Assembly: GCA_964016885.1 (NCBI GenBank)
Contig: CAXHJY010001576.1
Coordinates: 148,613 to 212,612 of the forward strand
Length of the DNA stretch: 64,000 nucleotides
Direction of reading: 5' to 3'
Origin: Eledone cirrhosa
Lineage: Eukaryota
Shown here: positions 26,202 to 39,258 of the stretch, one piece after another
Position numbering within the stretch: the stretch's first letter is position 1
How the letters are laid out: the number at the start of each line of letters is the position of its first letter
The notes under the pieces: model-generated
What the model saw: the letters and a program-made list of their open reading frames with translations, nothing else
Told to the model about the DNA's origin: nothing
The model's database searches: none
Program-made: the position numbers and the translations under genes

Positions 26202-26388
26202 TAATTGTTTCTACTTTTGGCACAAGGCCAGCAATTACCCAGTGCATTACTGGTACTTTATTTTATCGACCCCGTAAGGATGAAAGGCAAAGTTAACCTC
26301 GGCGGGATTTGAACTCAGAACGGCAAGGGCCGTAACTCTATGCGTCAAAGCATGGCGTCCGACCCTCTATCGATACTGCCAATCCACC
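26202..26388 (-). mobile_element. Dominant SINE with target-site duplication
   Basis: GTACGTAAATAAATAAT on both sides. Confidence 0.92.
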
Positions 26389-26651
26389 GTACGTAAATAA
26401 ATAATACTGCTCCCTCCGGTAGAACTAATATATATAACCCACACATCCACTGGTGTATGCTTATATAAACTTGACAGTATGCTAACCAAAGACCTTTGTC
26501 ACTTAAGAATATACCCATCCCATCTAGGAATACATATGAGAGGTTGCTCATTGCTAGTGTTAACTCTTTTGTTATCTCCCTATCTTTACCCTCTATTGTA
26601 TGCCGATTGTTCGTGTGACTAAGCTTGGTAGAGCTTATACTCAGCACTGTG

Positions 26652-26711
26652 TTTATTAAGCTCTGATGATTCCTACCCAACGGTATGGATGAAACATTGT
26701 AAGCAAATAAA
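26652..26711 (+). ncRNA. Type I hammerhead ribozyme
   Basis: TTTATTAAGCT-CTGATGA-T-TCCTACC caac GGTATGGA-T-GAAA-CATTG-TA-AGCAAATAAA, GUA site. Followed by a T-rich stretch and (TA)n. Confidence 0.82.
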
Positions 26712-27180
26712 AATTGTTTGAGTATGTAAGCGTTCTTTGGTTTCTTTTACATATATATATATATATCCAGGGAGTGTAACGTGGAGTTACTGTAGGTTCA
26801 CCCGGGTGAGCACTCGATGTTTAGGTTCACGTCAGTATCGAGGTGTAGAGCTAGACAGAGTGTAATATAATATATTCTGTTAGAACCTACAGAGGTCCGA
26901 CAAGCTTTTAATTCCAGAGTCAGGCCAGATCGATACAGATCGAACCTTGAGCTTATCAGTAGTGAAACGCGCGTCACCAACCAATAAGCGTAATGTAGGA
27001 GTAACCATTCGTCCTTGTATTATTGGATTGGCAGTATCGGTAGAGTTACGGCCCTTTATGGTGTGAGTTCAAATCCCGCCGAGGTTAACTTTGCCGTTCA
27101 TCCTTACGGAGTTGATAAAATAAAGTACCAGTAATACATTGAGATAATTGCTGGCCTTGTGTCAAAGTAGAAACAATTAT

Positions 27181-27223
<43 letters not shown>

Positions 27224-27506
27224 CGTTCAGTGGGTTTCTATGCCCTGTTATTATTTAGCGGTGGATTGCCAGTATCGGTAGAGGGTCGGACGCCATGCTT
27301 TGCAGCATAGAGTTACGGCCCTTTATGATCTGAGGGCAAATCCCGCCGAGGTTAACTTTGCCTTTCATCCTTATGGGGTCGATAAAATGAAGTACCAGTC
27401 ATGCACTGGAGTCGATTTAATCGACTTTCCCCTCCCCCCAAATTACTGGCCTTGTGCCTTTATAAGAAACCATTATTCAGCCAAAAGTTCCGGTGAAGCC
27501 TTCGAT

Positions 27507-27644
<138 letters not shown>

Positions 27645-27795
27645 AACATGGGAGAAAGAAGAAAACTACGTGGTTGCACATGGGTTACATATTATAAAAT
27701 TACTCCCTCATCAGTGATTTGCCAACCATCATTGGTATTTCATCGCATTAAAAATCATATATATATATATACACACTGTGTGTGTGCGTATGTGC

Positions 27796-27841
<46 letters not shown>

Positions 27842-28454
27842 GAGAGTGAGAGAGAGTGGGCGGGTTTAGATAGCTTGAATAATACATATATATATATATA
27901 TATATGTGTGTGAGTACTTCGTAATTTAACATAATAATTAAATGCTGTTTTGCTAAGGCTTTACTAATTACACAAACCAAGATACATATCATATGGTAGT
28001 GGTTAATTGGAAACATAATTCTCAGTAAATGGATATATCACCAGAAATATATTGTGCTGTGGTTGTATCTCCGTCGAACATTGTGGCTGTGTACTCCACA
28101 GTCACACGTACCCTTAACTGCTTGATCAGGGAGATTCAATATAACACAGTTCGGGACAAGGGTGGCCCTTTGAATCAGTTGAAATGGTTAATAGACCTTA
28201 TCTCTTTATGGAATCATATGGGGGCTCTTCTAAGACACAGCTTGTTTTGGGCGTTTTAAAATATGACCGGACCCATTCCTCTCCAGGTCGGAACATAGCC
28301 AATTCAATATAGAGAAAGAAAGAGGGAGATGGGGAGAGGAGAGGAAAGCGAGAGATAAAGAAACAATCCCAGTACTAGAAAAGTTGATCGCAACGAGATT
28401 TGAATACAGATCGCGGTGAGTCGGAATGAATACCAAATCATTTTTAATCTGACG

Positions 28455-28640
28455 TCACATCGACTCTGTCAAATCACAGCTTAAATCACTGGTACAACTC
28501 CATTTTGCTAGGTAAGTGGACTGCGGTAATGAGAAATAAAGTGTCTTGCTCAAGAACACAATGCGTCGCCAGGAATCAAACTTGTGGCTATACGACTGTA
28601 ATCTGATTACCCTAACCACTAAACTATGTGCCTTTACACG
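28455..28640 (-). mobile_element. CORE-like SINE head (tail segment at 28030-28175)
   Basis: Minus strand TAGTGGTTAGGGT...AAGTTTGATTCCTGG...TTGTGTTCTTGAGCAAGACACTTTATTT. Confidence 0.65.
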
Positions 28641-29744
28641 CGTATATATTAGCATAAATATGTCAACATCAAAGTGAATTGTACGAAGTTTGAAGCAATC
28701 ATACTTTTACACATTTTATAATTGGGTCGTCAGAGGGCGGTGCTTTGCAGTATCGGCAGAGCGTCGGACACCATGCTTTGCAGCATAGGGTTACAACGCT
28801 TTACGGTCTGAGTTCAAACCCCACCGAAGTTAACTTTGCCTTTCATCCTTACGGGGTCGATAAAATAAAGTACCAGTAACATACTAGAAATCATTATTGG
28901 GTCGTCAAGTATGAAATTTGTAGAAATTTGTAAAATAAAAAGAAATTTGAACAATAAAAAGAAATTTGAGTGGATTGGCAGTATCGGTAGAGCATCGAAC
29001 AATGGGCTTTGCGTCATTGAGTTACGGCCCTTACGTTCAGAGTTCAAACCCCTCTGAAGCTAGGTTTGCCTTTCATCCTTACATGGTCGATAAAATAAAG
29101 TACCAGTAACACACTGGAGTCGATTTAATCGCCTTCCCCGTCTCCTCAAATTGCTGGCCTATAGTAGAAATCATTTATAGTTAATATTGGTTTCTAATTT
29201 AAGCACACGGCCAGCAAATTTGGGCAAAGTTGATTAAATCTGGTGCTTTAGATTATCGACTTCGGAAGGATGATAGGCAAAGTTTATCTTGGTGGGATTT
29301 GAACTCAGAATGTAAGGAGTCGAAAGAAACACTGTAATGCTGTTTTATCTAACGTTCTACCAATTCTGCAAATAGACCATCCATTTATAGCTAATATTAA
29401 ATGCAGATTAATATTTCTGTTGTAAAATCTCGTTGGATTTGAAACAGAAATACGAGACTCATCGAATAATCTTTCGTGAAATTCCACCAGTATTTAGGAT
29501 GTAGGATATTTATGACTTGTACAAAAAGAAGTTTGAGTGATAGGGTTCTTTTTGTTTTCCAAGAAACATTATGGGCAGATAGACTGAGGGACAGACAGGC
29601 AGAGATATTGACAGTATTAACACACGTTCTTAGTATAGAATTACTTCTAAACATCACCACAAGGATATTGTCCGAATGTGGAAGATCCGAACTCTCACTG
29701 TTATCGCCTCCATCTCTCTCGCCCTCCCATCTCTCTATATTGTG

Positions 29745-30105
29745 AGCAAATGGGGTCCCATGTGCTGTCCTCCCGACAGACCCGGCGGACAGAATGGAGA
29801 AGGCGTTTCCCCGGAGGATAGTAAGGGAGATGCGTTGGTAGTGCTATTCCATCTCGCGAGGCTCACACATGCGGCTGGCCAGCTCAGCGCCTATGGTCGT
29901 GAGTAGGGAGGTAACCCTAGGGTCAAGGACACTGCCAAGAGCACGACCTGTCGGAGAGCGACCGGTACTTGGAGAGTTTGCCCTCCTCAGCCCGACGTGC
30001 TGCAGTGCAGAACCTGCGTTTGTCGCAGACTGCACCAGGTTGCAGCTGGAGAAAGTGTCGCTGCAAGTGACATCCCGGACGAGTATACGGCTTTCGTGAT
30101 CAACA
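29745..30105 (-). pseudogene. CRE-clade non-LTR retrotransposon restriction-like endonuclease (RLE) domain fragment
   Basis: ILVRDVTCSDTFS...LLTTIGAELASRMCEPREME*HYQRISLTILRGNAFSIL matches the 'WDVT..DT' and 'QR+S+.+.RGNA..+L' motifs. In-frame stop present. Confidence 0.72.
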
Positions 30106-30819
30106 AGGAATAACAAAATGAAGACGACGGTGATGATGTTGTTATCGATGACAACGATAATGATGATGAGCATAATTGTGGTGGCGATGTTGGGGGTGAT
30201 GGTAAAGATGATTGTGGAGCTGATGATGATGATAATGATGAAGATGATGCTGATAATAATAATAATGGTTTCTATTTTTGGCACAAGGCCAGCAATTACC
30301 CAGTGTATTACTGGTACTTTATTTTATCGACCCCGTAAGGATGAAAGGCAAACTTAACCTCGGTGGGATTTGAATGGTTTCTAATTTAGGCACAAGGCCA
30401 GCAATTTCAGGGGAGAGGAATCGTTTAAACCGACCCCAGTTCATTAATGGGGCTTCAATTTATCGACCCCTTAAAGATGAAAGGCAAAGCTAATCTCGGC
30501 GGGATTTGAACTCAGAACATAAAGGGCCGTAACGCTCTGCTGCAAAGCATGCTGTCCGACGCTCTACCGACTCTGCCAATCCACCGCCCAGATAATGATA
30601 ATAATAATTGTTTCTACTTTTGGCACAAGGCCAGCAATTATATCAGTGCATTACTGGTACTTTATTTCATCGACTCCGTAAGGATGAAAGGCAAAGTTTA
30701 CCTCGGCGGGATTTGAAATCAGACCGTAAAGGGATGTAACCCTATGCTGGAAAACATGGCGTCCGACCCTCAACCGATACTGCAAATCCACCCCCCTTCA
30801 TGATAATAATAATAATCAT

Positions 30820-30820
30820 A

Positions 30821-30853
<33 letters not shown>

Positions 30854-31099
30854 GTAACGTTACTGGCGGTGGTGATCAATATCCTGATGATGATCATCAT
30901 CGTTGTTGTTATCGTATTCATCATCATCATCATCTTAATCCTCATCAATATCACCATCATCATCATCATCGTCATTGTCATAAATCATCATAAATCATCA
31001 TCATCATCGTCATCATTATCATAAATCATCATAAATCATCATCATCATCATAAATCATCATAAATCATCATAAATCATCATCATCATCATCATTATCAT

Positions 31100-31133
<34 letters not shown>

Positions 31134-31143
31134 AAATCATCAT

Positions 31144-31192
<49 letters not shown>

Positions 31193-31202
31193 AAATCATC
31201 AT

Positions 31203-31251
<49 letters not shown>

Positions 31252-31300
31252 AAATCATCATAAATCATCATCATCATCATCATCATCATTATCATTGTCA
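30820..31300. repeat. (ATC)n microsatellite punctuated by ATAA (ATCATCATAA 10-mer variant)
   Basis: Direct reading of the sequence. Confidence 0.92.
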
Positions 31301-31955
31301 TGATGAAGAAAGGAAGAAATAAAATATAAATGTGAGAAAATATCTCTCCTGTGTCTTCCTGCTGTGAATAACTAGCTAGCTGCCTGTATGCCTGCGTGAG
31401 CGCCTGTCTGTCTGTCTGCCTGCCTGGAAGAATTGGTTGGAATGGAAGAAATTGTAGAGGAGAAGGAAGAGCATTAACCGAGCTAGAACTATCGATTGAC
31501 ACTGATTCTTAGAATTTTTATAAGGCTTTTTCTTTTCTAAATCTCTAAATCTTTCTTTGCTCCTTGCCACATCCCATAGTCACCCGTACACACCCACTAT
31601 CCGTCTTTCTCTCTCCCCCCTCGCTATGTTTTTCATTCACACACATACAGAGTCTCTACTTCTCTTTCTTCGATTCTCTTTTACTAAAATACACACACTT
31701 GTATAAATTACTTTTGAAATATACGTACAGCCTTCAGATATAATTAAAGTTTATCTAAGTGGCATATGGTGTTACATTATGGCGGTTTAAAAGAGCTCAA
31801 ACACAGACAATATACGTGCACAAACATATATACAGACACCACCTATATACGTACATATGTACATGCCTGTCTGCATATATGTGTATATATGTGTATATAT
31901 ATATATATATATATCAATGTGTGTATGTGTTTGTGTGTCTGTGTTTGTGTATATG

Positions 31956-32025
<70 letters not shown>

Positions 32026-32136
32026 GATTTACACAAACACAGACACACAAACACATACACACATATATAGTTCAAATTATGAAAAGTACAGAGAACAATT
32101 ACAGTCTTAATTATTTCATGCTCGTGGAAATATATA

Positions 32137-32228
<92 letters not shown>

Positions 32229-32416
32229 AATGTTAATTTACTGATTTCAATATTTAGAATGCGGTCATGCTGTATCACTGCATTCAATTATTTTGATGCA
32301 AGTATTTCCATCTGAAATTTTATCGATTGGCTAAATTACCATTCTGACACAATGGACATGTACATACAAACATACATGTACATAGACAACACACTCACAC
32401 ATATCTATCTATCTTC

Positions 32417-32493
<77 letters not shown>

Positions 32494-32496
<3 letters not shown>

Positions 32497-33159
32497 TAAA
32501 TTGCATTTGTCATAATATTTTACACGTTTTTATTGTATGTAAACTTCCCCCTTTGTATTTGTCCCCTTCTTTTGTGCCCCTGTGGCTAATAAAGAAACAT
32601 ATCTATCTATCTATCTATCTATCTGAAAGGTGGGTGAAAGTTGCGAGAATTGCCCGAGTGAATGGGCCTTCTCTCTATATCAGCCTGTAGGTTGAGGAAA
32701 AAGAGGAGTAGAGGAAGGGAGTACAAACTCTTCGTACTCCTGGAGATGAGGGTTGCACATTTTTTTTCGGGGGTATGTGTTACCCATATGAAATGTCTCC
32801 CCCTATTGGGGAAAATCAACTAATTTTTAAATTGCATTTGTGATAATATTTTACACGTTTTTATTGTATGTAAACTTCCCCCTTTGTATTTGTCCCCTTC
32901 TTTTGTGCCCCTGTGGCTAATAAAGAAATATATCTATCTATCTATCTATCTCACTGTCTGCCACCAGTCTAACAATCTCTCTACAACTAGATCCGAACTG
33001 TGTGTGAATGAAAATCTTACCGTTCGTATCTATCTCTCTATTTTATTTTATAGTTTATTGTTATTTATCTATGTAAATTATATGATTTTTATGTAAAACC
33101 CCCGCCGTCATATCTTGTCATGTCCCATTTCTAGTACGCCCTTGTGACAAATAAAGAAA
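32494..33159 (+). mobile_element. Three stacked 5'-truncated Tx1-like LINE 3' ends in a (TATC)n array (32494-32597, 32622-32928, ~32952-33159)
   Basis: Each ends CCC(C/T)TGTG..AATAAAGAAA followed by (TATC)n. The middle copy encodes SERWVKVARIARVNGPSLYISL*, homologous to the ORF2 end at 10411-10480. Confidence 0.85.
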
Positions 33160-33190
33160 GAGATCTATCTACTTATCTATCTATCTTCCA

Positions 33191-33244
<54 letters not shown>

Positions 33245-33984
33245 CGCGTGCGTGCGCGGGTGTGTGTGCGTTTAAGCATCATGTTAATGATAAGTAGTAG
33301 CAGAAGTAGGTGCTGGGGAAGATATATATATATATATATATAATAAACGAGGATAGATTAGACTGAAAGAAAGAGAGAAGTTATATTGTAGGGTGAATGA
33401 AAAGATACACTAATATGGCCACCATCACCGCCATCACCATGTACATCACCGCCATCACCATGTACATCACCATCATTCCCATAACCATCATCGTCATCAC
33501 CATCACCACCATTACTATCACCATCGCCGTCATTCTGTTACATCACTGCCGCTGTTTTATTTCCCTTGAAAGATCCCGCTCCTTTTCTGTATATCGATTC
33601 ATGCAGCAGCAAGTGCACTTCCGCCACGTCACATCCTTTCTATTCTCCTGCTACCTACTATCCTACCCCTACCACATGCTAGAAACTCCTCTCTCCCCTT
33701 TTAATGTGCGGTTTTCTAACGTAAATTCATCAATCTTATGTATAATTTCGTAATCAACCATGAATTTTAAGGGTTCTTGCTTAATTATATCTAATGGATT
33801 GTGGGAAGCGGGAGTAGGGATTTTTAATAAGGTGCAGTTTGATGCAGTATGGAGTCAGGAGATGTAGATGTATAATACATGCACTGCACCACTAAATATA
33901 TAATGTGTTGCAATAGCACAGCTAATATAGAGAAACTGTTTTCTTATAGAGTTGTATTGCATTGTTGTAATGTGGAGATGGGGT

Positions 33985-34760
33985 ATAAGACATTATGGCT
34001 GTCTTAGTATAGCATGAATAGGCTGTTATAGTAAAGAGATAATGTTAGTAAGCCCCAATAACTTGTTATAGTACACACGTAAAGATTGTATGAATATATT
34101 GTTATAGTATAGCTATTCATGTTAGTATAGACTCAATGACTATATATAATATAGATATACTCATGAATATTGCATGCATATATTGTAATATCATAGTGAT
34201 AGAGTTTAGTATAAGACTCAGTAAATACTCATAATATAGAGACAATGTTAGTATAGCCTGAATAAATCATTATAATATTGTTCTGTTAGTATAGCAGGAT
34301 GGAAGAATCGGTAGAGCGTTGGACACCATGTTGTAGCATAGAGTTATGGCCCTTTACGTTCTGAGGTCAAAACTCACCGAGGTTAACTTTGCCTTTCATC
34401 CTTGCGGGCTAGATAAAATAAAGTACCAGTAATGCACTGGGGAAATTGATGGCCTTGTGCCAAAAGTAGAAACAATTATTATAGTATATAGACAGTATCT
34501 CTTAAATATAGTTATAGTATAGAGACACGTAATAGTTTAGCTTGAATCTCATGTTATTGTACAGTGAGAGATGTTAGTACAACACGAATACATTGTTTAA
34601 TATAGTCCTGTTACTATACTCCTAAACTAGAAAGACAGATGTCAGAATATACTAAACAATTGTTATAATATTGTGACACGTGTTAGTATAATCGCAACAG
34701 CTTTCTATACTAAAGTTCTGTTAGTATATCTTCCATATAGTATAGGTAACATAGTATATC
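33985..34760. repeat. Old degenerate satellite, ~20-bp subunits (TGTTAGTATAGC / TGTTATAGTATAG)
   Basis: Recurring TGTTA(TA)GTATAG about every 20-22 bp. Remnants at 35410-35500. Interrupted by a SINE at 34295-34480. Confidence 0.6.
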
Positions 34761-35066
34761 CTCAATATAGTATACGTAAAACGGTACAGGGTTCTTTACT
34801 TGTTGTGGTGTTGTAAGGATGATATCCTGAAACACGACGTATCTCGGGCACTTTAAACATGGCAGAATCCATCCCTGTTTAGGTTGGAACGTAGTCGATT
34901 TCATCCAGAGTAAGTTGGGAGTAAGATATGTGAGAACCGATTCCAGTACTAGATAGGTATTTCATTTGTCAACCTCAATGATAGGTGAAGAGCACAGGGA
35001 ACCTGAAGAAATACTGAGGCATGTTTAATCTAGATAATGGTTCTGCAACCTTTTTGTTATTGTATA

Positions 35067-35398
35067 GTGAAGGCGCATGGCTTAGTTAGTAAATCACTGG
35101 GCTTGCAATCGGGAGGTTGTGCGTTCAATTCTCAGATCGGGTGATGTATTGTGTCCTTGAGCAAGACACTTTATTTCCCGTTGCTCCAGTTTACTCAGCT
35201 GTAGAAATGAGTTGCGACGTCACTAGTGCCAAGCTGTATCAGCCATTGCCTTCCCCTTGTAAAACGGAGAGGGGAGACTGGTATGCATGGGTGACTGCTG
35301 GTCTTCCACAGACAATCTTGCCCGGATTTGTGCCTCGGAGGTCAACTTTCTAGGTGCAAATCCCATGGTCATTTGTGACCGAAGGGGGTCTTTACCCA
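35067..35398 (+). mobile_element. CORE-like SINE, tail type 2
   Basis: GAAGGCGCATGGCTTAG...TTGTGTCCTTGAGCAAGACACTT...GGTGCAAATCCCATGGTCATT. Sister copy at 36360-36710. Confidence 0.8.
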
Positions 35399-35512
35399 TA
35401 GTGACGTATATTAGTACAGCTCTAATAAATGTGCGATGTTTTATTATAAATTGTTATAGAAAAAAACTATTAGTATAGCATGAATAAATTCTTATAGTAT
35501 AGGGGCAGATAA

Positions 35513-35822
35513 GAATTGTTTCTACTTTTGGCACAAGGTCAGCAATTATCCCAGTGTATTACTGGTACTTTATTTTATCGACCCTATAAGGATGAAAGGC
35601 AAAGTTTACCTCGGCGGGATTTGAAATCAGACCGTAAAGGGATGTAACCCTATGCTGGGAAACATGGCGTCCGACCCTCAACCGATACTGCAAATGCACC
35701 CCCCTTCATGATAATAATAATAATCATAATAGTTAACCTCGGAGGGAATTGAACTCAGAATGGCAAGGGCCGTAACTCTTTGCTGCAAACATGGCGTCAG
35801 ACCCTCTACCGATAATCCACCA
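35513..35822 (-). mobile_element. Chimeric dominant SINE with an internal insert copied from the 30690-30822 copy
   Basis: 35598-35730 shares diagnostic substitutions and non-SINE flank with 30690-30822. Confidence 0.75.
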
Positions 35823-36359
35823 ATAATGAAGACAGTACTATAGAGTACTAAATGTGTTTATTATTTAGTCAACTAAAAGCAGAATTGGTCATTATCGAAA
35901 TCAAGCGCAATCAACAAGGTATGAGGACAGATGAAAATAGGTAATATTTTTAATGAATTAGCTGCTAATTAAATTTGATGCAAATCATATTAGACTATGA
36001 AGAGAAATAACAGCAAGTCCACTCTCAGTATGTGAACGACATATATATCGCTTTCCAGCTGCTATGTCTGGTTAATCCTTGCTATTTACCCTACAAGCAT
36101 TAAAGAGATAAAATAATAGAGTGAGCAGAGCAAAAATACATTTATAATGCTTAATTTTAACAACTGAATTGATAGGTACTATAAAGCGATCATTTGATAA
36201 CCAACGGATAGAGGGTTCTCGTCCTGTTGAATATTGATGATTTAGTTTTCAAAATTACAGAACGAAATATTTTTTGGAAAAGAGAATTTGTGTAGTGCCT
36301 AGATTCGAGAGATCGTCAAGGAGACGGAAGGAAAAAAAGACAGGCTACTTAAGAGTGAT

Positions 36360-36710
36360 TACCCATGGCTTAGTGGTTAGAGCATTAGTCTTATAATCAA
36401 GAATTATAGTCAGTTCGATTCTCGGACCAGGTGATGCGTTGTCCCCTTGATCAAGATACTTTATTTCACGTTGTTCCAGCTTCACTCAGCTGCAGAAATG
36501 AGTTGCAACGTCACTGGTGCCAAGCTGTATCGGCCTATGTCTTTCCCTTGGTCAAAATCGGTGGCGCGGAGAGGGAGGACGGTATGCATGGGCTACTGCT
36601 GGTCTTCCACAAACACACACCTTGTCAGGACATGTGTCTCGGAGGGGAACTTTCTATGTGCAAATCCCATGGTCATTCGTGTCCGAGGGGGAGAGCCTTT
36701 GCTCTTTACC
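36360..36710 (+). mobile_element. CORE-like SINE, tail type 2
   Basis: Homologous to 35067-35398. Confidence 0.8.
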
Positions 36711-38728
36711 TAGAGATAATACATAATAAGCAAGGACCAGATATAGTTAATGTTAAGTGGGATAGCAGGAGTGGAAGAAGAAAACAATGTTTTATGATTC
36801 GTATATTTTTTAGAGGCTTTGATGAGGAACGATTTGTCTCTACATGTATTATGGAATAAGGTATGTAATAAATCAAAAAGATATATAATAGTTTCTACTT
36901 TTGGCACAAGACTAGCAAATTATCCAGTACATTACTGGTACTTTATTTTATCGACCCCGTAAGGATGAAAGGCAAAATTAACCTCGGCGGGATTTGAACT
37001 CATATCCTAAAGGGCCGTAACTCTGCTGCAAAGCATGGCGTCCGACCCTCTACCGATACTGGCAATCCACAGCCCCTCAAATAGATATATAATAACTTCA
37101 GTATTATATCAATAAATGGTTATAGAAACCGCGATACTATTGGTCTTTTATACTTCTAACGCAATACGATATACAGGGAAAAGCAAAGTAAAATCACACA
37201 AATTTCTAGTAGTAACGGTTTACAAGCACTGCACGTAATGATATACAACAATGTATAGTCATATATTCCAAAGATGTGTTAGTGCAGCTCATTGAATAAA
37301 TTAGTATTGTGCTACAAGAGTGTTTTAAATAATGATGCCTTCTTTATTGGTTCTTTCCTTAAGCAGTGTAATACGACAATATTTTGATAATTATAAAAAT
37401 AAATACTGTGATCACATTAAGACAGCTTGCTGTTGTGTCTTTCCTTAAGCGAAAATATTGTTTGCTTGTATTCTATTATTGTAAAGCTGTTTAACTATAA
37501 TGTCGTCTGAATTATGTCTTGTGAACTAGAAAGCTGTGGCCACCGGATATTTTGTTGCTTATTAATAATAAAAAAAAAAATCTGAAATTTGTCGCAAACT
37601 CTCCCCCAAGCAATTTATTCAGATGGATAATTAAATCTTTAGTTGAATAATGTAACCTTGTTGGCACTATATGGCAAAATTAAGACGCATTCCATTTCGT
37701 GATGCTTCAAGTAGTGAAAGCTGTTTGCTACACTAAATCCTGTCAGTTGCATTGGATCTTTCCTGTGTAAGTTCTCTACTACCTTATTAATTCCATATGT
37801 ACTTGTCACAGATTACATAGGTTCAATCACATATGTCAGATGCTGTTGAAGAGAATGCTTCGCTATGCTTTCTCACCAATTACTATGCTACAAGGTTTAA
37901 GATGTACTATTCATACTTCATACCGCCCCCAAAACCTCCGATCTGAGAGATCGCTCGCATGTTATGGCCACTACTTCTCTATAACAATAAAACCTAAAAC
38001 CCTATTTAGACTACCAGTCATCTGTTGAGCGTCTGTTGAGTTGTAGTAACTCTTATTTACTGTAAACTCGTAATCTAATAAATACTACTTTTATACTGCA
38101 CTAGTTTTAAGATTCTGCTGCATCAGTTATATGTTTCAATGAAGCCAGATTAAATTTTCAACTTATTCAACGAATGGATTTTCAACTTATTCAATGCATG
38201 GATTTCACTTCGATTTCACAAATCAGACGTATAAACGGTTTAAAATGTATTCCCAAGTGCATAAGTGAGTTTGATCTCTTAAGAATATTCAAAACATTAC
38301 TGGGTTGGGAGAAAGATATAAATTGTATCCCAAAATAAAAATGTCTATGTAGATGATGTAAGTTGTATGAATGTTGATAAGAAAATAAAGCACTGTATGT
38401 GGATAAAACCCTGTGAATTGACACCGCAAACAAGATTTGGATTTCGTTCAGAGCTCTTCCACTTACAGCGATGAATAGTCCTCTAAATCCTACCCATGAT
38501 ATTAACGAGTGAGTATTCCACTAACACGTGTATCTTTAGCGCAGTTATCCAAGATGTAGTAATGGTTAATTACTACACTGGATATGGTTGACGTACGGTA
38601 AGAGGTTACTCTACGAGTTATGGAAGAATTGTTCAAGAAACTTAGTTCCTGATCCTTCAGTATTCCGGAGTGTATATAAAGAATGAATAATAACAGGTAG
38701 ACATCATACAAAGGTAATTTATTCCGTG

Positions 38729-38840
38729 TGCTTACAAGTGTTTCCACGGTGGTACTGCAGCCTAGTTCCGCTACGTGCAAATTCACAAGTACTTGCAGAA
38801 CTCGAATATCCAATGCTGTGACCACTGTTTCCTCAGAGCA
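38729..38840 (-). ncRNA. Type I hammerhead ribozyme with 85-nt stem II insert
   Basis: TGCT-CTGAGGA-A-ACAGTGGT...ACCACCGT-G-GAAA-CACTTG-TA-AGCA. Confidence 0.75.
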
Positions 38841-39014
38841 GAATGGTAAATGTACAATGTAAAAACCCTTAAGTGGGGTTGTTGGGGAAGATAGAGTGGA
38901 ACAGGAAGAGAGAAAAGTAGGGAAGAGGGAGAGAGAAGGAAAGATATGCAGGGGTTGGAGAAGTAGGAGAGAGTGGCTTGTAGATATCTTAATCAAAATG
39001 TTATGGTAGGGGTT

Positions 39015-39126
39015 TTCTCTGAGGAAGCAGTGGTCACAGCATTGGATATTCGAGTTCTGCAAGTACTTGTGAATTTGCACGTAACGGAACTAGGCTGCAG
39101 TACCACCGTGGAAACACTTGTAAGCA
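39015..39126 (+). ncRNA. Type I hammerhead ribozyme with 85-nt stem II insert (opposite arm)
   Basis: TTCT-CTGAGGA(39019)-A-GCAGTGGT...ACCACCGT-G-GAAA(39111)-CACTTG-TA-AGCA. Confidence 0.7.
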
Positions 39127-39173
39127 CACGGAATATATTACCTTTTTATGATGTCTACCTGTTATTATTCATT

Positions 39174-39230
<57 letters not shown>

Positions 39231-39258
39231 TAGATAGATAGATAGATATACGTGATAT

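Larger units (their letters stand above)
38674..39180. mobile_element. Fold-back Penelope-like remnant with a hammerhead in each arm
   Basis: 38674-38838 is the reverse complement of 39017-39180, with a purine-rich spacer and (TA)n to the right. A related chimeric fragment lies at 40055-40122. Confidence 0.85.

Noticed and set aside
38502-39233. 192-aa and 86-aa ORFs sharing identical peptides on opposite strands
   Set aside because: A consequence of the inverted repeat; the sequence is the non-coding HHR cassette.
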